Shown here: piece after piece, positions 61,938-64,000 of the stretch | Layout of the letters: each line of letters starts with the position of its first letter | Numbering within the stretch: the first letter of the stretch is position 1 | Assembly (NCBI RefSeq): GCF_963921235.1 | Contig: NC_086104.1 | Span: 140,058,001-140,122,000, forward strand | Direction: 5' to 3' | Origin: Mobula hypostoma | Lineage: Eukaryota | DNA length: 64,000 nucleotides | Position numbers and translations under genes: made by a program | Notes under the pieces: generated by a model | Databases searched by the model: none | The model's input: the letters and a program-made list of their open reading frames with translations, nothing else | What the model was told of the DNA's origin: nothing

Positions 61938-63950
61938 ACTACAGCTGTGACGATCCCTGCTGCATCTGATGACTCTGTGATCTCTGTCTCAGTGGCTGAT
62001 GTTGGGCTATCCTTAAAGAGAGTGAACCTTCACAAGGCAGAAGGTCCTGATGGAGTATCTGATAAGGCTCTAAAAACCTGTGCCAACCAACTAGCGGGAG
62101 TATTCAAGGACATTTTCAACCTCTCACTGCTACGGGCAGAAGTTCCCACTTGCTTCAAAAAGGCAACAATTATACCAGTGCCTAAGAGGAAAAATATGGG
62201 CTGCCTTAATGACTATCACCCGGTAGCACTCACATCGACAGTGGTGAAATACTTTGAGAGGTTGGTTATAACTAGACTGAACTCCTGCCTCAGCAAGGAC
62301 CTGGACCCAATGTAATTTGCCTATGCCACAATAGATCAACAGCAGACGCAATCTCAATGGCTCTTCACGTGGCTTTAGATCACCTAGACAACACAAACAC
62401 CTACTTCAGGATGCTGTTCGTCAACTATAGCTCAGCATTTAATACCATCATTCCCAAAATCCTGATTGAGAAGTTGCAGAACCTAGGCCTCTGTACCTCC
62501 CTCTGCAAATGGATAATCAGCTTCCTAACCTGAGGACCACAGTCTGTGAGGATTGGTGATAACATATCCTCCTCGCTGACAATCAACACTGGCGCACCTC
62601 AGGAGTGTGTGCTTAGCCCACCGCTCTACTCTCTATATAAACATAATTTTGTGGCTAGGTATAGCTCAAATACCATCTATAAATTTGCTGATGATACAAC
62701 CATTGTTGGTAGAATCTCAGGTGGTGATGAGGGGGCATACAGGAGTGAGATATGCCAACTAGTGGAGTGGTGTCGCAGCAACAACCTGGCACTCAACGTC
62801 AGTAAGACGAAAGAGCTGATTGTGGACTTCGGGAAGGGTAAGACAAAGGAACACATACCAATCCTCATAGAGGGATCAGAAGTGGAGAGAGTGAGCAGCT
62901 TCAAGTTCCTGGGTGTCAAGATCTCTGAGGATCTAACTACTACTACTACTACTACTACTACAACTACTACTACTACTACTACTACGTCGACTCAGGCCTA
63001 GGGGGCCGGCGTCGGGCACGATGACAGACCCTCCACTTCACCCTCTCCCTCATCAGTGTGTTCAGTTCATCTACATTAGCCACGCCGCTGTCTTCTAGGA
63101 GCGTGTTGACCATAGTCTTGGGAGGGCACCCAGGGTTCATCCTCCCGTGCTTGGGCTCCCATATGATGACTAGGCTGGCAGGTAGCTTGGGGTGGTGTAG
63201 ACAGTGCCCCATTAGTTGCAATCTTCTCACCTCGATTTTAGTGGTGAGCATCGGTAGATTGTTACAGAGCTCGACGTTCTAACCTGGTCCCAAAGTATCG
63301 ATGTAGTTATAAAGAAGGCAAGACAGCGGCTATACTTTATTAGGAGTTTGAAGAGATTTGGCATGTCAACATATACACTCAGAAACTTCTATAGTTGCAC
63401 CATGGAGAGCATTCTGACAGGCTGCATCACTGTCTGGTATGGAGGGGCTACTGCACAGGACCGAAAGGAGATGTAGAGAGTTGTAAATCTAGTCAGCTCC
63501 ATCTTGGGTATGAGCCTACAAAGTACCCAGGACATCTTCAGGGAGCTGTGTCTCAGAAAGGCAGCATCCATTGTTAACGACCTCCAGCACCCAGGCCATG
63601 CCCTTTTCTCACTGTTACCATCAGGTAGGAGATACAGAAGCCTGAAGGCACACACTCAGTGATTCAGGAACAGCTTCTTCCCTTCTGCCATCTGATTCTG
63701 AAATGGATATTGAAGCTTTGCACACTAGCTCGTGTTTTTTAATATACAGTATTTCTGTTTTTGCACATTTTAAAAAATCTATTTAATATATGTAATTGAT
63801 TTACCTGTTTATTTATTGTATTTTATTTTATTTATTATTATTATTATCATTTTCTCTCTCTGCTAGATTATGTATTACATTGAACTGCTGCTGCTAAGTT
63901 AACAAATTTCATATACATGCCGGTGATAATAAAACTGATTCTGATTCTGA
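61938..63950 (+). mobile_element. Rex1/Babar element nested in CR1
   Basis: KAEGPDG, CLNDYHPVALTS, GAPQECVLSP, KFADDTT; (GATTCT)n tail. Confidence 0.9.
62938..63277 (-). mobile_element. RTE-clade 3' fragment with (AGT)n tail nested in Rex1
   Basis: RRLQLMGHC..HP..PAS..IIWEPKHG. The tail appears as (ACT)n at 62936-62985; short TSD TCTAAC. Confidence 0.8.
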
Positions 63951-64000
63951 TAATCTGATTAGGGATAGTTAGCATGGCTTTGTCAAGGGCAGGTCATGCC

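Larger units (their letters stand above)
59230..64000 (+). mobile_element. Near-full-length CR1 LINE (ORF1 SGNH-esterase-like, ORF2 EN + RT), interrupted by Rex1, runs off right edge
   Basis: C..C.MW zinc motif, VHIGTN, DGLYLNPRG, VAITET, MGDFNFPNIDW, KSPGPD. Resumes at ~63951 with a QHGF-like frame. Confidence 0.9.

Noticed and set aside
62936-63001. Poly-threonine tract in ORF 62546-63001
   Set aside because: It is the (ACT)n tail of an antisense RTE fragment inserted in Rex1.
1-64000. CRISPR arrays, operons, tRNA/rRNA genes and the many short ORFs in the track
   Set aside because: This is vertebrate intronic and intergenic DNA. There are no regularly spaced repeats, tRNA-like boxes belong to SINE heads, and the short ORFs are transposon fragments or chance frames.

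Overview
Repeat-rich, non-bacterial sequence from a vertebrate genome. The repeat families (HE1-like V-SINEs, CR1, Penelope, Rex1, Tx1) point to a cartilaginous fish, probably a ray. The only host gene I can support is the 5' part of a RASSF2-type gene on the minus strand. Its five coding exons (22027 to 537) have consistent GT-AG junctions and phases, the gene continues off the left edge, and a CpG-rich candidate promoter lies near 31.0-32.3 kb. Most of the rest is decayed and nested retroelements: L1, Tx1, CR1, Rex1/Babar, RTE, an RNase H-bearing I/Nimb-type LINE, a near-full-length HERO (R2-superfamily) element and Penelope-like elements, plus one pogo/Tigger-like DNA transposon remnant. 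Three observations are most notable. (i) Penelope termini carry a minimal hammerhead-ribozyme motif, and one core-intact copy lies in the sense orientation of a RASSF2 intron. (ii) Short fold-back Penelope derivatives appear as independent insertions with 13-14 bp target-site duplications. (iii) The HERO element begins with a perfect 34-bp copy of its own 3' end that is not a target-site duplication. Family assignments come from motif recognition only; no database search was run.
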